From Candidatus Spongiisociaceae bacterium (GTDB taxonomy: Bacteria; Actinomycetota; Acidimicrobiia; Spongiisociales; Spongiisociaceae): a stretch of DNA of 64,000 bases. A program made the translations under genes and the position numbers. Shown here piece after piece: positions 9,658 to 19,565 of this stretch. The notes beneath the pieces were generated by a model. It saw nothing but the letters and a program-made list of their open reading frames with translations. It ran no database searches and was not told the DNA's origin. The DNA lies in assembly GCA_965262915.1 (NCBI GenBank), contig OZ253564.1, forward strand, positions 4,064,001-4,128,000, read 5' to 3'. Each line of letters opens with the position of its first letter. Positions within the stretch are counted from its first letter, which is position 1.

Positions 9658-10513
9658 GCCATCGACCGCTGACGGGTACGACTACGAGCAGTTAGGCCTT
9701 GTCCGTAGCACATGCCTCTACATTGCAACGAAGCTCGGCGATCTGCTTGACGAAATCGTTGTCGTCGGCGGCCTGGTACCCGACCTCCTTATTGACAAGG
9801 CCGACCTGCCGTCAGGTTTGGAACCTCACGCGGGCACGATGGATCTGGACATGGGGGTGGCGTTAGCAATGCTGAATCACGAGCGCTATCGAGAACTGAG
9901 CATGAGATTGCGGGACGCAGGATTCAAGCCGGACCTCAACGTACATGGCAGGATGAGATTACAGACTTGGACAGGACGCCCGGCTTACCATGTCTCAGTA
10001 GACTTCCTGATTCCTCCCACCGCCGACTCGGATCAGGGAGGCCGGCTTCTTCACATCGAATCTGACCTGGCCGCAGTAGTGACACCAGGTCTCGAATTGG
10101 CCTTTCAAGGCCGACGCCAGCTAGAACTGTCCGGCCGCACTCCTTCCGGCGCATCCGCCACAAGGACCATTCCGGTATGCAATCCAGGGGCGTTCACCGT
10201 TCTAAAAGCACTGGCCTTCGGGAACAGGGCAGAGAACAAAGACGCATACGACCTCTTCTACGTATGGAGTGGGGTTGGAATCCCCGAAGTTGTGAAGAGC
10301 CTGACTGCTCTGCAACCCAGCGGCTACATCGACGATGCGCTTGAGGTTGTTGCCAGAGACTTCTGTAACCACGATGGGCTTGGCCCCTTAGCAACGGCAG
10401 AATTCATCATGAGGGGGCCCGACGACAACGTACAAGCAGACGTCGTCGGCCGCGCTCTGGAGCTTCTCCGTGGCATGGGGACGGCTCTGACTCGGACTTC
10501 CACGCCACATTGA
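9647..10513 (+). CDS. AbiEii-like nucleotidyltransferase toxin
   Basis: Pol-beta NTase motifs VVVGG...GTMDLD, VDFL, LKALAF...KDAYDL. Confidence 0.75.
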   Translation: MISKPSTADGYDYEQLGLVRSTCLYIATKLGDLLDEIVVVGGLVPDLLIDKADLPSGLEPHAGTMDLDMGVALAMLNHERYRELSMRLRDAGFKPDLNVHGRMRLQTWTGRPAYHVSVDFLIPPTADSDQGGRLLHIESDLAAVVTPGLELAFQGRRQLELSGRTPSGASATRTIPVCNPGAFTVLKALAFGNRAENKDAYDLFYVWSGVGIPEVVKSLTALQPSGYIDDALEVVARDFCNHDGLGPLATAEFIMRGPDDNVQADVVGRALELLRGMGTALTRTSTPH

Positions 10514-10870
10514 ACACTCTCCTCGGGAAAGAAGAGCCAGATGGTCAGCCACGACCCCGCCCTCGTCATCGCTGTCGGCGATCCGCTCCCGGTCGCCACG
10601 CTGTCCGCGACGTGGTCGTGGGCTCGTCGTCCCATCCCTTAATCGTCGCCACGCCGGTGAGGGTGTGTCCGAAACGTCGCTGCTTCCGGCGGGGTCAGTT
10701 CCCGACTCGAGCCGCATAGGCAAAGCCACCAACGGTTGGCCTCCGCCGCTGCCGGTCCTCGCTCGGACCAGCAGCTAGCATCACCACGTCGTTCGTGGTC
10801 TCCGGCCTCGCGCGTTGCCACTGATCGTGCATGCCGGGAACAGCGCAAAGATTCTCACAAAGGAACGGAC

Positions 10871-12046
10871 ATGCTCGATGTGGACCCTGTTGTAGTGGTT
10901 GGGGCGGCGCGGACCGCCATCGGAACGTACGGCGGCTCGCTAAGCAAGATCGACTCCTACAAGCTCGGCGCCATAACCGTCAAGGAGTCATTGAGTCGAG
11001 CGGGCGTCGAGGTCGGAGAGGTCGACGAAGTGGTGATGGGCCAGATCGGCCAGGTGGGTCCGGACGCCTACAACGCCCGCCGGTGTGCGCTCGAGGCGGG
11101 TCTTCCGTCGTCCACCACCGCCATGAACGTAAACCGGCTGTGCTCGTCGGGCCTCCAGGCCATCGTCACCGGCGCTCAGCAGATCATGCTGGGAGAGGCG
11201 GACATCGTTGTCGCCGGGGGCAACGAGAACATGAGCAGCCAGCCCTTTCTCGACTACCAGGCTCGTGATGGTTGGAGGCTCGGAACCCGGAAGTCCATCG
11301 ACGGAACCCTCTCGCTGGTGACCGATCCTTTCGGCGGCTACCCGATGGGCGTCACCGCGGAAAAGGTGGCCGAGCGCTACGGGGTGGGCCGCCGGGAGCA
11401 GGACCGGTTCGCCGCCGAGAGCCAGTACCGCGCTGCCATAGCCATCAAGGAAGGCCAGTTCGAGGACCAGATCGTCGAGGTGGACCGCCCCAAGGACGAC
11501 CCGTTCCTGGTCGACGAGCACCCGAGGCCGAACACCACCGAGGAGAGCCTCGCCCGGCTCCGCCCGGTGTTCGTCAGAGACGGGACCGTGACGCCCGGAA
11601 ACTCGTCGGGCATCAACGACGGCGCCGCTTCGGTAGTGCTCATGAGCGAGAAGCTGGCCGAAGCCCGCGGCAGTGAACCCCTACTTCGACTGGTGGCCTG
11701 GGCGGTCAGCGGTATCGACCCGGAGGTGATGGGCTACGCCCCCGCTCTCGCTATCCCGAAGGTTCTCGACAAGGCCGGCCTGACCCTCGACGACATCGAC
11801 CTGATCGAGCTCAACGAGGCGTTCGCAGCCCAGGCGGTGGCCGTGATCCGGGACGCGGGCCTCGATCCTGAGAAGACCAACGTGTCGGGAGGTGCCATAG
11901 CGCTGGGGCACCCAGTCGGGGCCACCGGGACGATCCTGACCATCAAGCTGCTGCACGCTCTCGAGCGGATGGACGGCCGGCGCGGCGTCGTGACGATGTG
12001 CATCGGGGGCGGCCAGGGCATGGCGGCGATCTTCGAGCGCCCTTGA
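10871..12046 (+). CDS. Acetyl-CoA acetyltransferase (thiolase)
   Basis: NRLCSSGL, GNSSGINDGAA, ELNEAFA, GHPVGATG, MCIGGGQG. Confidence 0.95.
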   Translation: MLDVDPVVVVGAARTAIGTYGGSLSKIDSYKLGAITVKESLSRAGVEVGEVDEVVMGQIGQVGPDAYNARRCALEAGLPSSTTAMNVNRLCSSGLQAIVTGAQQIMLGEADIVVAGGNENMSSQPFLDYQARDGWRLGTRKSIDGTLSLVTDPFGGYPMGVTAEKVAERYGVGRREQDRFAAESQYRAAIAIKEGQFEDQIVEVDRPKDDPFLVDEHPRPNTTEESLARLRPVFVRDGTVTPGNSSGINDGAASVVLMSEKLAEARGSEPLLRLVAWAVSGIDPEVMGYAPALAIPKVLDKAGLTLDDIDLIELNEAFAAQAVAVIRDAGLDPEKTNVSGGAIALGHPVGATGTILTIKLLHALERMDGRRGVVTMCIGGGQGMAAIFERP

Positions 12047-12930
12047 CCGTATCCGCAGGCAGGTTCACCGGGGACATAGCCGCTGTCACCGAAATGCTCG
12101 CCGGCCAGGCCTACCTGGCCGACCGGGGGCTGTCCACCGCCATCTACCTGTCGCTCACGCTGCCCCAACCGCTCCTGCTCGAGGGCGAGGCCGGTGTCGG
12201 GAAGACGGAGGTCGCCAAGGCCCTGGCGAGCGGGCTCGGCATCGACCTCATCCGCTTGCAGTGCTACGAGGGGATCGACGCCAACCAGGCTCTCTACGAG
12301 TGGGACTACCCCCGCCAACTGCTCTACATGAGGCGAGCCGCCGAGGCCGGACTGGACGGCGAAGGACCGGATGAGCTCTTCGCCGAACGCTTCCTGGTCG
12401 AGCGCCCGTTGCTGCAGGCGGTAAGGAAAGGCTCCGGTTGCGTGCTGCTGATCGACGAGATCGACCGGGCCGACGACGAGTTCGAGGCGTTCCTCCTCGA
12501 GATCCTGTCCGACTTCCAGATCTCGATTCCCGAGATCGGCACGGTGCGGGCCTCCCGCCCGCCGATCGTGATCATCACGTCCAACCGCACCCGCGAGCTG
12601 CACGACGCATTGAAGCGCCGCTGCCTCTATCACTGGATCGACTTCCCGAGCCTGGAACGAGAAGTCGAGATCGTGACCGTCCGCGCGCCGGAGGTAGCGG
12701 GACGGCTCGCTCGGAGCACCAGCCGGGTAGTTTCGAGGCTGCGAGGGCTGGAACTCGTGAAGCAGCCCGGCGTGGCGGAGACGATCAACTGGGCCCGGGC
12801 GTTGAACCAACTGGGCGAGGAACGGGTAACCGACGAGAACCTCGATATCAGCCTGGGAGCGGTGATCAAGGACCACGACGATCTGTCCACGGTCCGGGGT
12901 CGCGCGAACGAGATACTGGATGGGATCTGA
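12043..12930 (+). CDS. MoxR-family AAA+ ATPase (CoxD-like)
   Basis: Walker A GEAGVGKT, LQCYEG, LLIDEIDRAD, TSNRTRELHDALKRRC; TTG start overlaps thiolase stop. Confidence 0.9.
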   Translation: MTVSAGRFTGDIAAVTEMLAGQAYLADRGLSTAIYLSLTLPQPLLLEGEAGVGKTEVAKALASGLGIDLIRLQCYEGIDANQALYEWDYPRQLLYMRRAAEAGLDGEGPDELFAERFLVERPLLQAVRKGSGCVLLIDEIDRADDEFEAFLLEILSDFQISIPEIGTVRASRPPIVIITSNRTRELHDALKRRCLYHWIDFPSLEREVEIVTVRAPEVAGRLARSTSRVVSRLRGLELVKQPGVAETINWARALNQLGEERVTDENLDISLGAVIKDHDDLSTVRGRANEILDGI

Positions 12931-14062
12931 GCCCGGACCGACCGCGGAGTTGGTCCGGTTCGGACGCTTGCTACGCGCCCACGGCGCCAACGTGGGCGCC
13001 GGACAGGTCCTGTCCTACACGAGGGCGGTAGCCGACCTCGATCCGGCCGGCATCGATGACCTCTACTGGGCGGGCCGGATCACCCTCGTCAACCGGATGG
13101 TCGATCTGGCTATCTACGACGCCGTCTTCGACGCTTTCTTCATCGGTTCGGAGAACGACTCGCCTCCGCCCCTCCTGCCGCTGGCCAGCGCCGACGGAGA
13201 CGACGGAGATCCGGCATCGGTCTCCTTCGGCACCGACCGCCAGGAGATCGAGCTGCTCGATGTTGGGGACGAGGAACTTCCGGCCGCCGGAGGGCCCCGG
13301 GCCTCGAGCGCCGAGGTGCTGCGAACCAAGCACTTCGACCGGTGGACCGACGAGGAGTTCCGCCGACTGGCTCGCCTGCTCCCCGGTCTCCGACTTCCGC
13401 AGAAACGCAGCCGCCGCACCCGCCCCTCCCCGAGAGGCCCGCGCATCGACCTGCGCCGCAGCGTCCGCCACTCCCTCCGCTACGAGGGTGACCTGATCCA
13501 TCTCCGCCGGCGGATACGCGTGGAACGGCCCCGGCCGATCGTCCTGATCGTCGATGTCTCCGGATCGATGGCCGGTTTCTCGCGGGCTCTGGTCCAGTTC
13601 TCCTACGGGATGAGCCGGGCCTCCCAACGGGTGGAGGTATTCTGCTTCGGCACCAGGCTCACCCGCCTCACGAACGCCATGCGGGTCCGCGATCCCAACT
13701 CAGCACTGGACGAAGCGACCGAGTTGGTGGTCGACTGGGACGGGGGCACCAGGATCGGCGAGTCGCTGGGCGCCTACGTGACGAGGTGGGGCAAGTACCG
13801 GTTCAACCGCGGGGCGGTCGTGATCATCTGCTCCGACGGCTTGGAGCGGGGCGAGCCGGACCGGCTGGCATGGGCCATGCAGCGCCTGTCGCGCCAGGCC
13901 TACGCCGTCATATGGGTGAACCCGCTGGCCGGCGACCCGAAGTTCCAGCCGCTGGCGCGGGGACTGGTGGCCGCCCTGCCGTTCGTCGACGAGTTGATCG
14001 CTGGACACAACATCGAGGGTCTCGAGGACCTAGCCCGAGTCCTCGCAGGCTGGGCGGCGTAA
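12920..14062 (+). CDS. VWA domain protein (CoxE-like)
   Basis: MIDAS DVSGSM, FCFGTRLTRLT, WDGGTRIG, SDGLERG, WVNPL. Confidence 0.9.
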   Translation: MGSEPGPTAELVRFGRLLRAHGANVGAGQVLSYTRAVADLDPAGIDDLYWAGRITLVNRMVDLAIYDAVFDAFFIGSENDSPPPLLPLASADGDDGDPASVSFGTDRQEIELLDVGDEELPAAGGPRASSAEVLRTKHFDRWTDEEFRRLARLLPGLRLPQKRSRRTRPSPRGPRIDLRRSVRHSLRYEGDLIHLRRRIRVERPRPIVLIVDVSGSMAGFSRALVQFSYGMSRASQRVEVFCFGTRLTRLTNAMRVRDPNSALDEATELVVDWDGGTRIGESLGAYVTRWGKYRFNRGAVVIICSDGLERGEPDRLAWAMQRLSRQAYAVIWVNPLAGDPKFQPLARGLVAALPFVDELIAGHNIEGLEDLARVLAGWAA

Positions 14063-14604
14063 ACCCGGCGGGTCAACATGGTCGCTGTCCCTGCCGGCCG
14101 CCGGCAGAGGCACCTTGTGGACCTTGCCACCACACCACCGTCGCGCACCGATGGTCACTGTCGCGCCGAGTGGTCGGGCCATGGTGATCGTCTCGTCTCG
14201 ATCTGTGATGGGCACGCGCTCAGCCGATCTGTTCGACAACGCCGCCACCCTGACCAGCTACTCAAACCTCAGCGACATGATTGGCGGCATAGCCGCACCG
14301 CCCGACCTCGTGATCCCCGAGTTCTCGATAGCCGAGCGCGGCCTGGGCGATTACACCGCCGCACCCAGCGCAGTCGATTTCGTCGGGAACCGGATAACCC
14401 CCGACAGTGACTCCCACCGAAACGAAGACAGGCCGGCTGTGTACATCGTGATCGAAGGTTCCCGCCAAGACGGGGGCAAAGGAGCCGTCGTCAACTGGTG
14501 GGGCCCAGGTGTGGGCGTTGTTGTGGCCGTTGTGACGTGCTATTTGATACCGCTGCTCCCCAAGCCCTGAATCGACCAGCTTGCACCCTGGGGCGTCGGG
14601 CAAC

Positions 14605-14795
14605 TTACAGGAATGTTTCCAGAACTCCGCCGCGGCTGTTCTGTAGGAGAGGCGGGCTTGGCCGGTCGGTTCGTACAGGTAACGCCGGGCCGGGGCGGTG
14701 CGGGTCCGCCACCGGGTCAGGAACAGGGGACCGGTGGTCCGGTCTGCGAGGTAGCGGCCGAGGAGGCGGGCGGTGGGCGCCGCCCACACGACCAT
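14605..14795 (-). pseudogene. Internal fragment of an actinobacterial tyrosine recombinase
   Basis: VVWAAPTARLLGRYLADRTTGPLFLT...PTGQARLSYRTAAAEF resembles the mid region of actinobacterial phage-integrase-family proteins; flanking catalytic boxes absent. Confidence 0.6.
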
Positions 14796-15297
14796 GTCTG
14801 TGTTGCCGCCCTTGGAACGGATACGGGCCCGCCGCCGCGCTCGGTCCAGGTCCTCCGAGTCTTCGGTATCAGAACAGTCAGAGATCGGCCCCAGCTATGC
14901 CCGGCAAGCCAGCACGGAGAACGGTTCGGGTTGGGTAGTGCGGTTTGAGAACTCGATCTCGTCGAACGTAGGTGCGGCCGACTGGGTTAGGTACGACTAC
15001 GCTTACACGAAGAGGTTGTCCGGTGCCGGAGACTATCTGGCGCATGCTCATGCGACCCTCATCGAGGGGGACTCCTACGAGGGGGAGCAGGTGTTCAGCG
15101 CGTTTACCGACTCGTGCGCGACGAAAACCAAGGTCAACGGGCAAGCCAAAACATGTCGCTCATCGAAATACGACACTGGGCCCGGGGAAGAGTGGCTCGT
15201 CGTATCGGATCACACCTACGACGACGGCAATGACGGGGACAACGACGCATCTATCGCAGGCGAGTTGGACTGGGTGTGGACGGCGTCGAGCAGTTGA
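14773..15297 (+). CDS. Hypothetical protein, probably the C-terminal part of a secreted beta-rich protein (start uncertain)
   Basis: Protein-like composition from about residue 28, two Cys (DSCATK...KTCRS); stop overlaps the TTG start of the next gene. Confidence 0.5.
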   Translation: MGAAHTTMSVLPPLERIRARRRARSRSSESSVSEQSEIGPSYARQASTENGSGWVVRFENSISSNVGAADWVRYDYAYTKRLSGAGDYLAHAHATLIEGDSYEGEQVFSAFTDSCATKTKVNGQAKTCRSSKYDTGPGEEWLVVSDHTYDDGNDGDNDASIAGELDWVWTASSS

Positions 15298-16400
15298 CTC
15301 CCGAACGTTCCCTTCGTCTCGCAAGATGGGCGACCGTATTGGCTCTTCTCGTAGTGGCATGTGAGTCGGGGGTCCACGACGGACCCCCGACTCACGTTAC
15401 GGCAGGCGGAAACAGCGCAACCGCATTGTCCGAAACCGACGACAGGCACGACGAGACGGCCGTGCCGGAGCCGCGGCGCGACACAACCGTTCCCGACGAG
15501 TCCCCTGCGACGACGACACCAACAGACCCTGACGCCAACACACCCCCAGAACCCTCCGGACGGGTAGTAGTCCCGTCTCTGTACGGACCGACCCTTGTGA
15601 CCCCGATAGACCTCCAGGCCGGAATCGACACGCTCGATCCCGGCGACGCGGACGTGTTCGGCTGGCGGCCTGAGACCCCCGAGGACCTACCCGCAACCGC
15701 GTACCGGGTTGCTGTCTTCGGCAGGGGAGAACACGCCGACCCGCCACGACGGCCCACAGAGTTGATCGTCGCTGGCCGATGGCCGAGACCGATCAGAGCG
15801 AACGTGCTGTGTCTGGTAGACGCCGCACAGGTTCGGTGCTCGGAGCACGCAGCCGTGTGGAGGGTGGAGTTCGACGAACCGTCAATGGCCTTCCTGGAAC
15901 TGCCAGAAACCCAAGACCGACGCGACATCATCTTTGTCGAGGAACGGGACAGCCGACCCGAAGGAGTCATACCGGCATCACGACCACGACCCATAGACGG
16001 ATGGGATGTTCCCATCGGGACAGTCGGGGACCCGCTGCCGGAAGTCACCAACCCCCTCGGCGGATGCGACTGGGTTCTGTTCATGAACAGCCTCGAACCG
16101 CGGGAGACGTTCACACCCATGAGAACCAGACCCCCCGGCCCCGTCTACATGGTCATCAGCGTATGCGACGACCACCCGTCAAGCTACGAGATGGTCCCGC
16201 TAATCGTGGTGAACGAAACCACCGTCGCCCAAGTCGACGCATTCCAACCCTTCATCGCCCAACCAGGCGCCACCTACGCGTGGAAACTACCCGACACGCT
16301 ACTCGACACCACAAACACGATCAGAGCAGCAATCATCCGCAGAGCCCCAGCCGGAGGGTTTTGGATCACCCACCCGCTGGTCGCAAACACAGAACCGTGA
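15294..16400 (+). CDS. Hypothetical lipoprotein
   Basis: Signal with lipobox LLVVAC, Thr/Pro-rich linker, then two Cys pairs in a globular region. Confidence 0.7.
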   Translation: MTPERSLRLARWATVLALLVVACESGVHDGPPTHVTAGGNSATALSETDDRHDETAVPEPRRDTTVPDESPATTTPTDPDANTPPEPSGRVVVPSLYGPTLVTPIDLQAGIDTLDPGDADVFGWRPETPEDLPATAYRVAVFGRGEHADPPRRPTELIVAGRWPRPIRANVLCLVDAAQVRCSEHAAVWRVEFDEPSMAFLELPETQDRRDIIFVEERDSRPEGVIPASRPRPIDGWDVPIGTVGDPLPEVTNPLGGCDWVLFMNSLEPRETFTPMRTRPPGPVYMVISVCDDHPSSYEMVPLIVVNETTVAQVDAFQPFIAQPGATYAWKLPDTLLDTTNTIRAAIIRRAPAGGFWITHPLVANTEP

Positions 16401-16533
16401 CCAAACGAACCGACCACCACGGCGGATGCCAGAACCAACCACCACAGAAAATAGGGGGGTAGCGTACCGGCCAGCCCGCGAAGCGGCCACACCCGTAGAC
16501 AGCACACGCGGGTCAGTCCACGGAGAGACCAAG

Positions 16534-17049
16534 ATGACAGAAGCGACCGGCAGGATCACCAACGACCCAATCGACTGGAAGATCCACAACTGGGAACAAG
16601 TACTCCCCGGTACGGGATTCGACAGAATCGAAGCTACCGCCCGCCTGGTACAACTCGGGGCCGCCTTAACCGAAACACTGGACCAAATCGCGAGGCAAGA
16701 AGGCCTGGCAAACCAGGGCGACTACCAAGTCCTCTCGATACTCCGACTCGCACACCACCAAGGCCAGCTCGTCACCGCCACCGACGTGGCAACCAAGCTC
16801 CAAATGACCACTGCAACAATGGTGAACCGCATAGACCGACTCGAAAAGCTCGGCTACACCCAACGCACTCCCCACCCGACCGACCGCAGGTCCACAAACC
16901 TCACCATCACACCAGAAGGGATAGCCTGCGTCCAGCGCATGGTCCTTGACCGCACCAAAGAAAGAGAACGACGGCTGGCCGTGCTCACCGACGACGAGCG
17001 TGCCGCTCTCACCACCACACTCGCAAAGCTCGCCGCAGCGTGGACCTAA
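16534..17049 (+). CDS. MarR-family transcriptional regulator
   Basis: DYQVLSILRL, TATMVNRIDRLEKLGYTQRTPHPTDRRS...ITPEG; RBS GGAGAG. Confidence 0.9.
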   Translation: MTEATGRITNDPIDWKIHNWEQVLPGTGFDRIEATARLVQLGAALTETLDQIARQEGLANQGDYQVLSILRLAHHQGQLVTATDVATKLQMTTATMVNRIDRLEKLGYTQRTPHPTDRRSTNLTITPEGIACVQRMVLDRTKERERRLAVLTDDERAALTTTLAKLAAAWT

Positions 17050-17174
17050 CAACAGGCAAAGCGGACACGAGCACAGCGTCGACGCTCAGCGAGACAGACA
17101 GAACAAACCCCAACGGCCATAACACTCCCACCGGCGTAACGCCCGGTAGCGTGGTCTCACCTGTGGCCGGTATT

Positions 17175-17199
17175 TGCAGGTATCCGTCCCATACCTGCA
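17175..17199. other. Perfect 9-bp hairpin at the end of the A/C-skewed island
   Basis: TGCAGGTAT-CCGTCCC-ATACCTGCA. Confidence 0.5.
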
Positions 17200-17210
17200 T
17201 TACGAAACAA

Positions 17211-17854
17211 CTACGCGTCGGGTGGTCTTGGGTCGGTTGGGCGATACTCGGCCAAGTCCATGAGCGCTGTGATCTGCCGCGCTCGCGCCCGTACTATGGG
17301 TAGCGGGTAGCGTGGGAGCAAGTTTCGTGCCGCAGCCAGTACGGTCCGAGCTTGTGATGACGAGTCCTCAGCTTTGCTCTTGTATTTGCCCACGAACACG
17401 TCGGTCTGGGCGGTCTCCCTCCAATCGTTCCATGAGCCGATGGTTATCAAGGCTGCCTCAAGGCAAGCACGCTTAGTCACGTGCTCGATGGCGGAACCGC
17501 TCTGGGATCGGCGAGAGTGCCCGGTTCACGACGCCCGCCGCCGTAAAGCCGTCTATGTCACCGCGCACGAACTGTGAGCAGGACGTGTCGTCTGCGACGC
17601 GCAAAAGGACCATAGCCAAGACGGACCATTCCCAAAGGTCACGTGGAATGTCCAAAAGGGACTAGGACCAGTGGAGCGTCCCGGTACCGGGCTTTGCGGC
17701 GTTGTTCCCAGTGGCCTTCCATGGATGGCCTCTCAAGTGCCGCAAGAAGTCGCTTCCAATCTGCAGTTAGAAACGGGTAGCGGGCTATCAACACGATGGG
17801 CAGAAGAACTAAGCTCGCCACGACTAGCGTGATCTCCGGGTACAGGTCCAACAA
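17211..17854 (-). pseudogene. Probable degraded hypothetical membrane protein (three overlapping short ORFs)
   Basis: ORFs 17639-17854, 17473-17655 and 17211-17480 overlap in successive frames in visibly lower-GC DNA. Confidence 0.3.
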
Positions 17855-18254
17855 CGCGGCTGTTTCTGGGGGGAGGGTGTCCCATAGTGGGAACTCGAGG
17901 GGTAGGAGGCTATGGGCTAGGACTGCAGCGAGTGCTCGTTTACACGGTCAACGCTGCCCTCGGCTCAGGTCGCAGCACTGTGCTCCTGTTAGAGGGTGGG
18001 CCGCCGATGGAAGCTATGACGCCCCGGGGTCGACCACTACTTCGGTTATCTATCCTGAACCGCACCGGGTAACCATCAACTCTCCGGGAAGCCCGGTGTG
18101 TTCAAGAGCGCCTCGAGCACGAAGACTCCACAGCCCATGGCCGATGTCCGAGGGTCACGACAAGCGCGGGCCGGAATGGTCGAAACCCCGAAACTCAAGG
18201 CCGTCCCCCCGCAACGGCTCATACTCCCGGCGGGTGAGCGGGAGACTCAGAACA

Positions 18255-19565
18255 CTAGGCCGTACCCTCGGGGTCGGTGGAATCTTGGGTGCTGCGGCGG
18301 AGCGAGTCGAGAATGTCCACCCCGGTCGCAGCCTCTATCTGCTCGGTCAGAGCCACCAGGGCGGCTGGCAGCTGGGACACCAGGCTGGGTATCCCCCCGC
18401 CATCGCTCCCTCGGTTGCTGCCGGTGTCCACGACTGCCACCCGGTCGATGCTGACGCCTTGCACGGTGGCGACGATCTTGTCGACGAGGTCGGGAAGCAT
18501 GTTGAGCACCAGCACGTGATGCCCGTCCGCACCGGCCGCCTGGTACTGGTCGGTGAGCAGCCTGAACACTTCTACTTGGGCCATGCCGTCCTCGATGATG
18601 CTCGCCGCTTCGGCTCGGGCCTGCAGCTGCCGGGCTTCGAGGTCGGCACGGGCCGGGACCACGACCGCGGCTTCGACCCGTCGCGTCTCCATCTCGATGC
18701 GCTGTCCTTCCAGTTCCTGGCTGGCCACCACTTTGGCGACCTCACCCGCTACCAGCGCTTCCTCCTCGCGAGCGTTGGAGACGGCTTCGAGTTCGGCGGT
18801 TCGTACTCGCAGACCGTTCTGTTCCACCACGATCGCCCTGTCCGCCTCGAGGCCGGCGATCTGTCCCACCTGCCGGGCGGCTGCCTCGGCCTGCTCCGCC
18901 TCGGCCCGCCGCTCTGCCTCCGCCACGCGGGCATCACGGATTACCTTGGCGGTAAGTTGGCGACCCACAGAGGTCAGGTACCCGACATCGTCGGTGACGT
19001 TCTGGATCTTGAGAACGTCCAGTTCCAACCCCAAGGTCTTGATGTCGTCGTCAGCCTCGTCGATCAGCTGCTGGGAGAACTTGAGTCGATCCTCGTTCAC
19101 CTCTTCCGGCGACATGGTGGCGAGCACGCCACGCAGGTTGGCTTCCAGCGTCTCCTTGGCGATCTGCCCGATCTGTGTAGTCGTCCGCCCCAGGAACCGC
19201 TCGGCGGCGTTCTCCAGCAAACCTTCACGGCTCGACACCTTCACGTTGGCGATCCCCGCCACGTTGAGAGGAATCGTCCCCTTCGAATAGGCGTTGGTCA
19301 CCGCGACTTCCAACGGGATGGTGTTCAGGTCCATCCACTGGACCCGCTCGATGACGGGAATACGGATGGTCCGCCCTCCCTGCAGAAGGCGGTAACCCAC
19401 CTCCCGTCCGTCGCTCAGCTCCCGTTTACGACCGGAAATTACTGCCACCCGGTTGGGTGGGCAGATAATGATCAGAGACTTGACTATAAGGATCAGGATC
19501 AGCAGCGCCACGGCCGCCGCCACCCCGACCAACAACGAAACCCACCACGCTCCTCCAGCCATCAT
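18255..19565 (-). CDS. Flotillin / SPFH-domain protein
   Basis: N-terminal TM, ICPPN..VISG, GGR, ANVKV, LEANLRGVLATMSPEE, AEA-rich coiled coil. Confidence 0.92.
   Translation of the reverse strand: MMAGGAWWVSLLVGVAAAVALLILILIVKSLIIICPPNRVAVISGRKRELSDGREVGYRLLQGGRTIRIPVIERVQWMDLNTIPLEVAVTNAYSKGTIPLNVAGIANVKVSSREGLLENAAERFLGRTTTQIGQIAKETLEANLRGVLATMSPEEVNEDRLKFSQQLIDEADDDIKTLGLELDVLKIQNVTDDVGYLTSVGRQLTAKVIRDARVAEAERRAEAEQAEAAARQVGQIAGLEADRAIVVEQNGLRVRTAELEAVSNAREEEALVAGEVAKVVASQELEGQRIEMETRRVEAAVVVPARADLEARQLQARAEAASIIEDGMAQVEVFRLLTDQYQAAGADGHHVLVLNMLPDLVDKIVATVQGVSIDRVAVVDTGSNRGSDGGGIPSLVSQLPAALVALTEQIEAATGVDILDSLRRSTQDSTDPEGTA

Noticed and set aside
14115-14570. ORF after coxE-like gene
   Set aside because: No recognisable motif or convincing start; possibly a remnant
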